From an uncultured virus (IMG/VR IMGVR_UViG_3300008117_008405) (taxonomy: Duplodnaviria > Heunggongvirae > Uroviricota > Caudoviricetes): a stretch of DNA of 54,430 nucleotides. Below the pieces are notes generated by a model. That model searched no databases. It worked only from the letters and a program-made list of their open reading frames with translations, and was not told where the DNA came from. This document shows positions 1 through 9,116 of this stretch, piece after piece. Numbering within the stretch: the first letter of the stretch is position 1; each line of letters starts with the position of its first letter. The stretch lies in the IMG/VR virus record IMGVR_UViG_3300008117_008405. The stretch is one strand, 5' to 3'. The position numbers were made by a program, and so were the translations under genes.

Positions 1-351
1 CGCCAGAGCATCTCCAAAATTTAGGCATTTCCCTCGTATGCCAAAAGTAGACTTCCAATCTGATGGATTGATTCCCATTTCTTTGAGCTTGGCATCTAAA
101 AATGGAAAATTTTCTTTAGTTTTATAGTTTAATAAATCTTCTATTTGAAAAGATGTCACAACGCCTTTGGCTTTTGGGAAAATATCATAAAATGTAGTTT
201 TATTATTTGCTAAGTCATCATGTGCTTCGGGACAGTCTACATGATGAAAGGATTTATTATAAAAAAATGTTATGCAGGGGTATTCGGTATCATGTTTGCG
301 TTCATCATACAAGAAGTCTGGGTCCACTTTTTTTAAGTAGCTTAGGTCCAT
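1..351 (-). CDS. Hypothetical protein, partial (runs off window start)
   Basis: ATG at 351 with GGAGAG SD at 355-360; frame open to position 1 (MDLSYLKKVDPDFLYDERK...); AATAAATA upstream at 374-381 (- strand). Confidence 0.6.
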   Translation of the reverse strand, partial: MDLSYLKKVDPDFLYDERKHDTEYPCITFFYNKSFHHVDCPEAHDDLANNKTTFYDIFPKAKGVVTSFQIEDLLNYKTKENFPFLDAKLKEMGINPSDWKSTFGIRGKCLNFGDALA

Positions 352-452
352 GGTCTCTCCATTTTATCTAGACTATTTATTATTTTTATTTTTATTTTAG
401 TTGTCATTCGATTTTGTATCAGTAAAATAAAACTATTACTTGGAGGATTCCC

Positions 453-1067
453 ATGTCAAAGTATCTTGTAGTTGATTGTGAAACAACTGGTCTCGATCCA
501 GAAATACATGGATTAATTACTTTAAGTGCAGTCGTATACGATGGAAAAAAGAAAGTTTCCCAATGGCATGGAGCTAACAAAGACTGGCAGCAGTTTACAA
601 TAGATGCTTCTGCCCTCAAGGTTAATGGAATTAGTCTGTTTCAGACAGAGTATTTTTCTGTTCTTACAAAAGACATAATAGAGGGAACAACAGAAAAAGG
701 TTATTATCTCATAGAAAATTATAGCACATTTGTGCGTTTCTTCGTCAGCTGGTTGCTTGAAAACGCAACTGATTGTGATTTTTTGTTAGGAATGAATGTT
801 CAATTTGATTTGTCATTCATAAAGAAAGCTTGCAATACATTCAATATGAAGATTGATAGTTTGTTGCCCAGAAAACAAATTGATCCGTTAATTATTGCGT
901 CTGCTGCTCTTGATAGCGGTAAGCTCAAATCTGATTTAAAGTATATAAACAGTCAATCGATGTACAATATGTACGAAATTAATTCTCAAGGTATACATCG
1001 ATCAGATGTTGATGTCGTTCTTGCATTTGAACTTTGGCAAAAAATGAAAAAAGACATTTTTGCTTAA
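453..1067 (+). CDS. DEDDh 3'-5' exonuclease (DnaQ/epsilon-like)
   Basis: ExoI VVDCETTGLDP, ExoII GMNVQFD, ExoIII HRSDVDV; GGAGG SD. Confidence 0.88.
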   Translation: MSKYLVVDCETTGLDPEIHGLITLSAVVYDGKKKVSQWHGANKDWQQFTIDASALKVNGISLFQTEYFSVLTKDIIEGTTEKGYYLIENYSTFVRFFVSWLLENATDCDFLLGMNVQFDLSFIKKACNTFNMKIDSLLPRKQIDPLIIASAALDSGKLKSDLKYINSQSMYNMYEINSQGIHRSDVDVVLAFELWQKMKKDIFA

Positions 1068-1098
1068 TAATTTCAAAATGATTAACTAAAATAATTTT

Positions 1099-2229
1099 AT
1101 GAAAAAGTGTAAAGCAAAATTTGTTTTTAACACAATGGTTTCAAATGAGAGCCATTGCATCCTTAGAATGCTTGAATCGGTCTACAAATATGTAGATTAT
1201 TGGGTAATTCAAGACAACGGTTCTACGGATGGAACTCAAGATTTGATCAAAAACTTCTTCGCAGAGAAAGGCATTCCGGGATTTCTTTACGAAATTCCTT
1301 GGTCTGGCTGCATGGGTCAGAATCGAGATCACACAGTTCAAACATGTTTGAAAGCAGATCATGGTTGTGATTGGATTTTGCGGGTTGATGCAGATGAAGT
1401 GTTAGAGGTTGATGATGACTTCGACTGGTCAATTTTTGATGAAACCAGCATTCAAAGTTTTGATGTACCAGCTAAATCTGGTGTCGTAAATTACTACCGC
1501 TGTTGGCTTTGGAATGCCAAATTGCCATGGAAGTTCAAGCATGATAAGCGCCATGAATGTATCATGTTGGACAGGGATAATGTAGGAGAAAATTTCCAAA
1601 GAGTTCAACTGCCACCTAGTTTTCGTCACAAAGTGATTGCAGATGGGCAGACCTACTCAAATCCATTCAAGTATTACATCGATGCTCTTGAATTAGAAAA
1701 AGACATGATCGTGAAGAAGGAGATGCTGACCGACCAGTATCACTTGTGGTACTTGGGTAAAAGTTATCATGATAATGTGCCATCTGGTCATCTCCCATTT
1801 GGTGAATTGCATAATCATGAACTAGCTAGGCGAGGATTGTTTTATTTTGAGAGATTCCTTGAAGTAAGACACCAGTTTATGTCAGCTGGAACAATTAAAT
1901 ATGTTGATGAAATGGCATACACAGGATTTCTGTGTATGGCACATTTATACTCCGTGATGGGAGATTTAGAAAAAGAGATTTGGGCTCTTAAAACTGCTGA
2001 AATGACTTGCCCAAGAAGGAATGAACATCTTAAGAGATTGGCTTGGCTTTACCATCGCAATAAAAGATTTGCAGAGATGCTACAAGTCACAACTCGAATG
2101 ATGGACCCTCAAAGAACTAACCCTTATCCGAGTCTTTGTGTTGTTCTTGAAGACGATGCTTACCACAATACAGGAACATTGGTACAAGACTTACATCGCT
2201 TAGCTCTTGAATGCAACCAAATGCACTAA
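1099..2229 (+). CDS. Glycosyltransferase family 2-like protein with helical TPR-like C-terminus
   Basis: NE..CILRML, DNGSTDGT, DADE (DxD), HE, YLGKSY motifs. Confidence 0.8.
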   Translation: MKKCKAKFVFNTMVSNESHCILRMLESVYKYVDYWVIQDNGSTDGTQDLIKNFFAEKGIPGFLYEIPWSGCMGQNRDHTVQTCLKADHGCDWILRVDADEVLEVDDDFDWSIFDETSIQSFDVPAKSGVVNYYRCWLWNAKLPWKFKHDKRHECIMLDRDNVGENFQRVQLPPSFRHKVIADGQTYSNPFKYYIDALELEKDMIVKKEMLTDQYHLWYLGKSYHDNVPSGHLPFGELHNHELARRGLFYFERFLEVRHQFMSAGTIKYVDEMAYTGFLCMAHLYSVMGDLEKEIWALKTAEMTCPRRNEHLKRLAWLYHRNKRFAEMLQVTTRMMDPQRTNPYPSLCVVLEDDAYHNTGTLVQDLHRLALECNQMH

Positions 2230-3794
2230 TGAAAAATGTAGCTATTTATGGATACCATGACGCATCTTTATGTTTGAAAGATAACGGTCGTTATTACATT
2301 TATGAAGCGGAAAGATTTTTCGGAAAAAGATACTCGATACTGACTCAAGAGTTCAAAAATCATCCTATTGTTGGGCATTTAGTTCCTTCAGATTCGCAAT
2401 TTCATGCATTCTTTGATCACATCAAAAACAAACATAAATTTGAAACTATTGAAAATCTTTACTATCACGACATGTATCCTCCAGATATCAATAAAATCAA
2501 GCAATTTTTTCATGTCCAAAATTTCAGAAGCTTCAATCATCATGATGCACATGCTTGGAGCGCATATTGCCAATGTCCTTTTGATGAAACATATATCATC
2601 ACATATGATGGAAATGGAAAAAACTTAGTTGGTCCAGAAAGTAGTTTTGTGCTGTGGTACGCAACGCCAACAGAAGTAAAAAAATTAAACGACTTCCAGC
2701 CATGGGGTTCATACAGCCTTGGTAATTGTTACATCGCACTTACAAATTGTCTGGCTTCGATCAAAAAGAAGAAAAATTTTGGTTTGCCCAGCGCTGGTAA
2801 GCTGATGGGTCTTTGTTCTTATGGTCAACCAAGAGAAGCATGGAAGCAAGTTATAAGAGAGTTCTTTGATAGCGGTTCCAAAGATGCAGCCCAAGGTGTT
2901 GCTAATGTTGTTGGATTTGATCCAAGAGAATATGACACGATATCTGGAAAGGATGAGTTAGATTTTGCAGCAACTATTCAATGGGCTTTTGAAGATAAGT
3001 TTTTTGGAATTTTCAACGATTTAAATATTCCTCCGAATTCAAATTTATGTCTTGCTGGAGGTTGCGCCCTTAATATAATTGTAAATCAAAAGCTATTTGA
3101 GATGGGATATAATGTCTATGTTCCACCTAATAGTGGGGACTGTGGCATTACACTTGGGGTTGTAGCCCATGAAAACCAAGATAGAAAAATAGATGCAACA
3201 TATTGTGGTTATGAGATTTTAGATTATGGGTATTACGATAGTAGTTTTTACAGACACGATGTCACCAATCAAGAAATAGCAAAAATTCTTTTTGAGCAAA
3301 AGAAAATTATTGGTTACATTCATGGCAATAGTGAGTGTGGTCCTAGAGCTTTGGGTAACCGTAGTATTCTTTGCTACCCAGATATTGCAAATTTAAAAAA
3401 TAAGTTAAATAGTGAAATCAAATTTAGAGAATGGTATAGACCATTTGGAGCAGTAACAAAGTTGGAAAACTTGGAAAAATATTTTTACAAGGCTTGCGAA
3501 TCACCATTTATGAATTTTTGTCCAATTTTGAAAGAACAATACAGGTGGCCATCAATTACACATGTTGATAACACTTGCAGAATACAAACGGTTACTCGAC
3601 TTCAGCATCCCGATTTGTATGACATTCTTACTCAAATAGAGAATCTAGGAGGAGAGGGAATCCTTCTGAATACATCATTTAATATAAAGGGTAAGCCAAT
3701 TTTAACTACTATGCGAGATGCATTTGAGGTTTTAGAACAAACTAAGCTTAATGGCTTTGTACACAATAATTTATATTATACGAGAGAGGTGTGA
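2229..3794 (+). CDS. O-carbamoyltransferase (NodU/CmcH/TobZ family), copy 1
   Basis: HDAS, EAER, HHDAHA, DG.G, GKLMGL, AGGCALN, GPRALGNRS, KFREWYRPF, HVDNTCRIQTV, NTSFN; ATG overlaps upstream TAA. Confidence 0.93.
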   Translation: MKNVAIYGYHDASLCLKDNGRYYIYEAERFFGKRYSILTQEFKNHPIVGHLVPSDSQFHAFFDHIKNKHKFETIENLYYHDMYPPDINKIKQFFHVQNFRSFNHHDAHAWSAYCQCPFDETYIITYDGNGKNLVGPESSFVLWYATPTEVKKLNDFQPWGSYSLGNCYIALTNCLASIKKKKNFGLPSAGKLMGLCSYGQPREAWKQVIREFFDSGSKDAAQGVANVVGFDPREYDTISGKDELDFAATIQWAFEDKFFGIFNDLNIPPNSNLCLAGGCALNIIVNQKLFEMGYNVYVPPNSGDCGITLGVVAHENQDRKIDATYCGYEILDYGYYDSSFYRHDVTNQEIAKILFEQKKIIGYIHGNSECGPRALGNRSILCYPDIANLKNKLNSEIKFREWYRPFGAVTKLENLEKYFYKACESPFMNFCPILKEQYRWPSITHVDNTCRIQTVTRLQHPDLYDILTQIENLGGEGILLNTSFNIKGKPILTTMRDAFEVLEQTKLNGFVHNNLYYTREV

Positions 3795-5365
3795 TTGTGG
3801 ACATGGCAGTTTATGGCTACCATGATGGTTCTGTTTGTATCAGAGATGATGATGGTAAATATCATATTTATGAAGCTGAGAGATTCTTCGGGAGAAGGTA
3901 TTCTCTTATCACCAGAGAATTTGAATTAGAAGAAAATGTATCTTTTTTAACTCCTACAGAAGATGAGTTCAACAATTTTTTTGTTCACATAAAAAACAAA
4001 CATAAAGACAATCGAATAGAAAATTTTTATTATCATGACATGTATGCTCAAGATTTGGCTGTCTTGAATTCAATTTTTGATATTAAAAACTTCAGAAGCT
4101 ATGATCACCACTATTCTCATGCCTGTAGTGCATATTATCAATCTCCATTTGATGAATGCTACATAATAAGCTACGATGGTTCTGGCAAGAATACAAATCA
4201 TACCATGAGTTCTTTCGTATTCTGGCATGCCAAACACAATGAAATAATTAAGTTAAGAGAATTCACCCCTCACACAGCATTTAGCTTGGGTGATTGTTAT
4301 ATTGATCTTTCTATTTGTTTGTCTTCAATAAACGGATCAGAATTCTTTGGATTGCCGAGAGCAGGCAAACTGATGGGTCTTTGCGCCCATGGAAAACCAC
4401 GGGAAGAGTGGAAAATTCCAATAGCCAAATATTTCGATAATCCCGGATATTTAAGTTTGAATGCTTTGGCAAATCAAATAGGTTTATATGTCCAGCATTG
4501 GCACACCTTGTCTGGACAGGATGAGTTAGATTTTGCTGCTACCATCCAATGGGCTTTTGAAGATAAGTTTTTTAGATTATTCAATCTTATGAAGATACCT
4601 AAAGGTTCAAACATATGCATGGTTGGAGGTTGTGCCATGAATATTGTTGTGAATCAAAAGTTATTTGAAATGGGATACAATATTTATGTGCCACCGAATG
4701 TTGGTGACTGCGGGTTAACTTTTGGAGTTTTAGCCGATATTTATAAAGATAAAAATATTGACCTCACCTATGCTGGTTTTGATATTTTAGATGAAGACTA
4801 TCGAGATCATGAATTTAACTGCGAATACATCAGAGAATCTAGTATTGCTAATTTATTATTTTTTGAAAAACAAATAATAGGGCTCATGCAAGGCAAAAGT
4901 GAATGTGGCCCGAGAGCTTTGGGCAATCGCAGTATTCTTTGTTATCCTGATATTCCAGACCTGAAAAATAAGTTGAATAGTGAAATAAAATTTAGAGAAT
5001 GGTTCAGACCTTTTGGAGCAGTCACGAAACTGGATGCTCTCGATAAATATTTCTATAATGCCTGTGAATCAAGACACATGACATTTTGTCCTACTTTGAA
5101 AGAAGAGTATCGATGGCCATCCATTACGCATGTCGATAATACTTGTAGAATTCAAACAGTTACAAAGGAGCAAAATTACAAGCTGTATAAAATACTCGAT
5201 GAAATTGAAAAATTAGGTGGTGAGCCCATCTTACTGAATACTTCTTTCAACATAAAAGGCAAGCCAATTCTTACAACATTAAAAGATGCGTTTGAAGTTT
5301 TGAAACAAACAAAACTGAATGGTTTTGTTTGCGAAGATTTATATTTCAAGAATAACTTGAATTAA
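3791..5365 (+). CDS. O-carbamoyltransferase (NodU/CmcH/TobZ family), copy 2
   Basis: Same motif set as the upstream paralog; GTGA start/stop overlap. Confidence 0.93.
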   Translation: MIVDMAVYGYHDGSVCIRDDDGKYHIYEAERFFGRRYSLITREFELEENVSFLTPTEDEFNNFFVHIKNKHKDNRIENFYYHDMYAQDLAVLNSIFDIKNFRSYDHHYSHACSAYYQSPFDECYIISYDGSGKNTNHTMSSFVFWHAKHNEIIKLREFTPHTAFSLGDCYIDLSICLSSINGSEFFGLPRAGKLMGLCAHGKPREEWKIPIAKYFDNPGYLSLNALANQIGLYVQHWHTLSGQDELDFAATIQWAFEDKFFRLFNLMKIPKGSNICMVGGCAMNIVVNQKLFEMGYNIYVPPNVGDCGLTFGVLADIYKDKNIDLTYAGFDILDEDYRDHEFNCEYIRESSIANLLFFEKQIIGLMQGKSECGPRALGNRSILCYPDIPDLKNKLNSEIKFREWFRPFGAVTKLDALDKYFYNACESRHMTFCPTLKEEYRWPSITHVDNTCRIQTVTKEQNYKLYKILDEIEKLGGEPILLNTSFNIKGKPILTTLKDAFEVLKQTKLNGFVCEDLYFKNNLN

Positions 5366-7077
5366 ATTTCAAAAAGCATTTTTTGATTTGGGACTTTATT
5401 TAATTTTGAAAATATATATTTACTACATTGAATTGATCTGTTAGAAAATATTCCTTCTCCTTCAATTGTGTCATATCTGTCAAATTCGTGTACTCCATCT
5501 AAAACTAAATCATAATATTTGTTCATGGATGTTCCAATTGTTATAAATGTTATCTTCCTACCATGAACTGTATGGTGTCTGCCTGTGGCAATCAATCCTT
5601 TAAAATTAACATAATTATTATTTTCTTTGGAAAACATTCCCGGCATAAATCTATTGCTTATCCAATATCCTCTTTGTTGATATTGGTGCCAACCATCACC
5701 AGAAGATTCTGGAAATTTAGGATGCAGTTCATCTCCTATTAGTTTCCAAGGCCCTTTGCCAAAGGCAGCAAATTTCAAACCGGCTTTCTTAGCCTCCTGT
5801 ATATGGACCCAAGGTCTATACAAAGATTGAGCATGATTCAAAGCAGACCACCAAAATTTCTTTGGTTGACGAACTTTTTCGTATGCCAAAGCCCAGACTA
5901 AATTGCCATAACTAGTCGCATGAGCATGACAAAAACTGTAAAGAGAAAAATAACCAAGCTCTTTTAGAATGAATTCTTTTTCTGGATGATATTTTATCTT
6001 TTCAGCAAATTCATCCATTTTGATTTTGTTTTTTTTACCAAATCCTTTACGATATAGTTCTGCATCTGATTCAGAACAGTTTAAAAGCTTCTGAATAAAA
6101 AGAATTCCATCATCGTCATATATTAATTGACCACGATGGTTTCTTTCCTTATGGAATTGATCTAATACACGAATTTTTCTTCCATCAGCCGAAGGCAATG
6201 GTCTTATCAAGGCAAGCGAAAATATCACATCTTTTCTGCATTTTGGCTGGACATCAACATGCAATCGTCTCTGAGCAGGGCTTTCTCCAAAAGTTACTCC
6301 CCATGTATTGCCTGAACGAAACAGATTTGCAGTTGATTCATCGTATTCTGGATAATCTTCTAAACTTCTAGAAGATAGTTCGTTTAGTTGTGCCAAACCC
6401 CTGTTGCACAAAATATCAATCTTGAACAATCCTTTTTGTTCAACTTCATCCTTATTCAATTTAATTTGATCATTTGTAAGCTTTAATTCTTCGGGAACAC
6501 AATCTGGGAAAACAACAATTCCTCCACAATGCAGGGAGTAATTTTTAAAAGTTCCTTCTAATTCTTTGGCTCTATCCAGAATAGATTCAATTCTAGAACC
6601 AGCAATATTTTCAAAATCAAAATACTTGGGCATAAATTTTCTATTGCCATGTTCCCTTATGGCTTGTCGAACAGCAGAGTTAGGACGGTATAAAACATGA
6701 TTGCTTATTCTTGCAACTCTATTTGGGTATTTTTCTTTGACTAATTCTATTACACTATCTCTTTGGTTATATGCAAAGTCTATGTCAATATCTGGAAGGT
6801 CTGAGCGGTTTTCATGCATGAAACGGCTCAAGACAAAATTGTTTTTAACAGGGTCCATATTGTGGATGCCCATTAAATAACAAATTAAGCTACATCCGGC
6901 AGAGCCTCTAGTGATAAAACGATATTCAGGAACCAAGTCCAGAATTTCTCTGACTTGAATGAATGATTCAGCAAAACCAAATTTCTCAATCAAAGCCATT
7001 TCTCTGGCATATCTGGCCAGATAGGCTTCTTCTTGAGGTAGCTTTCTTCTGAAATATTTTTCAACCTTCTGGATCAA
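5362..7077 (-). CDS. dnaE: DNA polymerase III alpha-like (C-family), compact, lacking PHP domain
   Basis: RGSAGCSL, RF..R.DLPDIDIDF, SLHCGGIV, KIDIL, LIRP, YSFCHAHATSY; only 571 aa. Confidence 0.88.
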   Translation of the reverse strand: MIQKVEKYFRRKLPQEEAYLARYAREMALIEKFGFAESFIQVREILDLVPEYRFITRGSAGCSLICYLMGIHNMDPVKNNFVLSRFMHENRSDLPDIDIDFAYNQRDSVIELVKEKYPNRVARISNHVLYRPNSAVRQAIREHGNRKFMPKYFDFENIAGSRIESILDRAKELEGTFKNYSLHCGGIVVFPDCVPEELKLTNDQIKLNKDEVEQKGLFKIDILCNRGLAQLNELSSRSLEDYPEYDESTANLFRSGNTWGVTFGESPAQRRLHVDVQPKCRKDVIFSLALIRPLPSADGRKIRVLDQFHKERNHRGQLIYDDDGILFIQKLLNCSESDAELYRKGFGKKNKIKMDEFAEKIKYHPEKEFILKELGYFSLYSFCHAHATSYGNLVWALAYEKVRQPKKFWWSALNHAQSLYRPWVHIQEAKKAGLKFAAFGKGPWKLIGDELHPKFPESSGDGWHQYQQRGYWISNRFMPGMFSKENNNYVNFKGLIATGRHHTVHGRKITFITIGTSMNKYYDLVLDGVHEFDRYDTIEGEGIFSNRSIQCSKYIFSKLNKVPNQKMLFEI

Positions 7078-7300
7078 TGTGCTTCATCCCTAATTTAATA
7101 TGCATGATTCCTCTTTCCAATTCCCTTATTCCATGAGCTAAATTTTCAGATTTGTAGCCCATTTTTTCTGTGATTACTTTTGTTGCTTTCAAGTGGTCTA
7201 CCACGACACCTAAAACATCATGAGGTGTTTTTTCGTCACAAAGCTTGTCGATGATTGAAATCCATTTTTCATTCAACGACCTGTAGTTGATTCCACGCAT
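7061..7300 (-). CDS. Hypothetical protein
   Basis: 79-aa ORF with GGAG upstream, overlapping the dnaE start. Confidence 0.6.
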   Translation of the reverse strand: MRGINYRSLNEKWISIIDKLCDEKTPHDVLGVVVDHLKATKVITEKMGYKSENLAHGIRELERGIMHIKLGMKHIDPEG

Positions 7301-7441
7301 GAGAGAGGCTCCTGAGAGGATTTTTCAGTTTATATGAGTTCCCAAGTTTTTTCAACAATTTTGGTTGTTTTTGTTTCAGCCGATTGGTATAAAGACTTCG
7401 GTTTTGATGAATAATTCTGTTCAACAGGGAGGAAAATTAAA

Positions 7442-7759
7442 ATGGCTAAGTCGAAGCCCGCTTTTGATCGTGTTGAAATTGATAAGACGCATGCTGAAAC
7501 TATCGGTGATGCGATGAAGGCATACATTGGCCAGCCTGTGGCCATTTTGTGCGCCAGATTCAATTATAGGGGTATTTTGAGCAAGGTTGGCAAGGACTAC
7601 TGCATCATTGCCCAAGCCCGTGCTGTTGAAAGCTCCGGTGCTAGCAGCCAAGAAAGGCCTAGCAATGAAGACCCAATTGGATCATCTGTTATCATCAGTA
7701 TCAACGCTGTCGAACTGATTTACCAACCAGCTTGGTGTTTTGCCGATTTAAATGATTGA
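7442..7759 (+). CDS. Sm/LSm-like fold protein
   Basis: GGAGG SD; IGQPVAILCARFNYRGILSKVGKDYCIIAQA resembles Sm1, VIISINAVELI resembles Sm2. Confidence 0.55.
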   Translation: MAKSKPAFDRVEIDKTHAETIGDAMKAYIGQPVAILCARFNYRGILSKVGKDYCIIAQARAVESSGASSQERPSNEDPIGSSVIISINAVELIYQPAWCFADLND

Positions 7760-7842
7760 TATGTCAATGTAAACTCTTCCTGTTTCCAAAAAACAGGAAG
7801 AGTTTTCTTGTAATTTTGATTTATTGTAGTGGAGGGAATCAA

Positions 7843-8451
7843 ATGAAAAATACCGGATTCAATTCTTGGAAAGCTCGACTTGAATTCATGGGCCAAGAGT
7901 TCCCGTTTACCAAACCGGAAGAGGGAATTGTTACAATTAAAAACGAAGAAGGTAGACTGCATGCCGATAATGAACCGGCATGGAGATCGCCTACGAGAAT
8001 CATTTGGTATCGTGACGGCAGAAAGCATGGGATTGATGCCGATATTCATGGCAGCATTACTTACTATTACGAAAACATTAGGATTCCTCCACGCTATCAC
8101 CAAGCTGTGGGTGAGCCAGAGATTTTGACAGTTGAAGAGGTATTGAAGCATCAAAATGCTGAAATACGATATGTAGGAATTAAAATCATCGGGTACGATA
8201 GAATTCGTACTCACAAAAACTGTAAGCTCGTTGATACCTGCAAAAAAACAGGCATGGAGCTTTTTAGTATCAAGGGTATTTTTGATGATCCGGTTTGTGT
8301 TTTGAAAGTGATTAATAGTACCGCAGAGCCAGATGGTACTTTTAAAAACTACTATTTGACGGTCCCTCCTAACATGAAAAAATGCAAGGAGGCGGTTGCA
8401 TGGACTTTCAGAATGACTGCGGATGATTACGCTCCAATGCAAGAAACTTGA
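7843..8451 (+). CDS. DUF6745-like conserved protein
   Basis: GGAGG SD then ATG 7843; C-terminal VINSTAEPDGTFKNYYLTVPP...EAVAWTF...Y.P..ET. Confidence 0.7.
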   Translation: MKNTGFNSWKARLEFMGQEFPFTKPEEGIVTIKNEEGRLHADNEPAWRSPTRIIWYRDGRKHGIDADIHGSITYYYENIRIPPRYHQAVGEPEILTVEEVLKHQNAEIRYVGIKIIGYDRIRTHKNCKLVDTCKKTGMELFSIKGIFDDPVCVLKVINSTAEPDGTFKNYYLTVPPNMKKCKEAVAWTFRMTADDYAPMQET

Positions 8452-8514
8452 TTGGCTGGCGTACATATGGTATGATTGTGTGTGGCATTTTGTGCTTTCA
8501 AAAGGAGAAAGATC

Positions 8515-8841
8515 ATGAAAAGTTTCCAAGCAAGACAAGGTGATATCTATTTCAAGGCTTGCAATAAGCCAGATATCACCAAAATGAAAAAGAAAACCGA
8601 TGGCATATTTGCCTATGGTGAAGTCACGGGTCATGCTCACCGGCTGACAACTAACATCTCTGACTGTGAATCCTATGTAGATGAAAACGGAGATATCTAC
8701 ATTCTCTCCGATAAAGAGATGCAAGTTGGACACGATGAGCACAATGTAATCACTTGTCCTCCTAATACTTGGATTTGTGTAAGCCGTCAGAGGGAATATG
8801 ATCCGGCTGCTGCTGAAAAAGAGCGCAGAGTTGCTGATTAA
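8515..8841 (+). CDS. Conserved His-rich small protein (RQGD...GEVTGHAH...HDEH...RQREY), usual partner of DUF6745
   Basis: AGGAG SD then ATG 8515; conserved motif string. Confidence 0.7.
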   Translation: MKSFQARQGDIYFKACNKPDITKMKKKTDGIFAYGEVTGHAHRLTTNISDCESYVDENGDIYILSDKEMQVGHDEHNVITCPPNTWICVSRQREYDPAAAEKERRVAD

Positions 8842-8860
8842 GAAATCTTAAGTTTCATAG

Positions 8861-8901
8861 AAAAAGCCAAGCAAGAGTAAATATTCTTGCTTGGCTTTTT
8901 T
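8861..8901. terminator. Intrinsic terminator, probably bidirectional
   Basis: AAAAAGCCAAGCAAGA / TCTTGCTTGGCTTTTT 16-bp inverted repeat with A and T tails. Confidence 0.85.
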
Positions 8902-8915
8902 ATTTGGTAAAAAAT

Positions 8916-9116
8916 ATGCAACAAAAATTAGCTGATTATATATCTCGCTGCTGGGGAAGCAATTACTATTGCACAGAGTTATGTAACAGGGTTTGCAATT
9001 GCGGAACATTCGGACGATCTTTCAAATCGTCCGATGTTTACAATAACGACATGTTGAAATCTTTTGTCTTCGGTCAATTTAGTGAATCATCTACATTTAA
9101 AAGAAATAACTTTTAG
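8916..9116 (+). CDS. Small Ser/Phe/Cys-rich hypothetical protein
   Basis: 66-aa ORF filling the gap; weak SD. Confidence 0.4.
   Translation: MQQKLADYISRCWGSNYYCTELCNRVCNCGTFGRSFKSSDVYNNDMLKSFVFGQFSESSTFKRNNF

Noticed and set aside
7720..8742. 340-aa minus-strand ORF
   Set aside because: Antisense shadow of two recognisable plus-strand genes with good SDs
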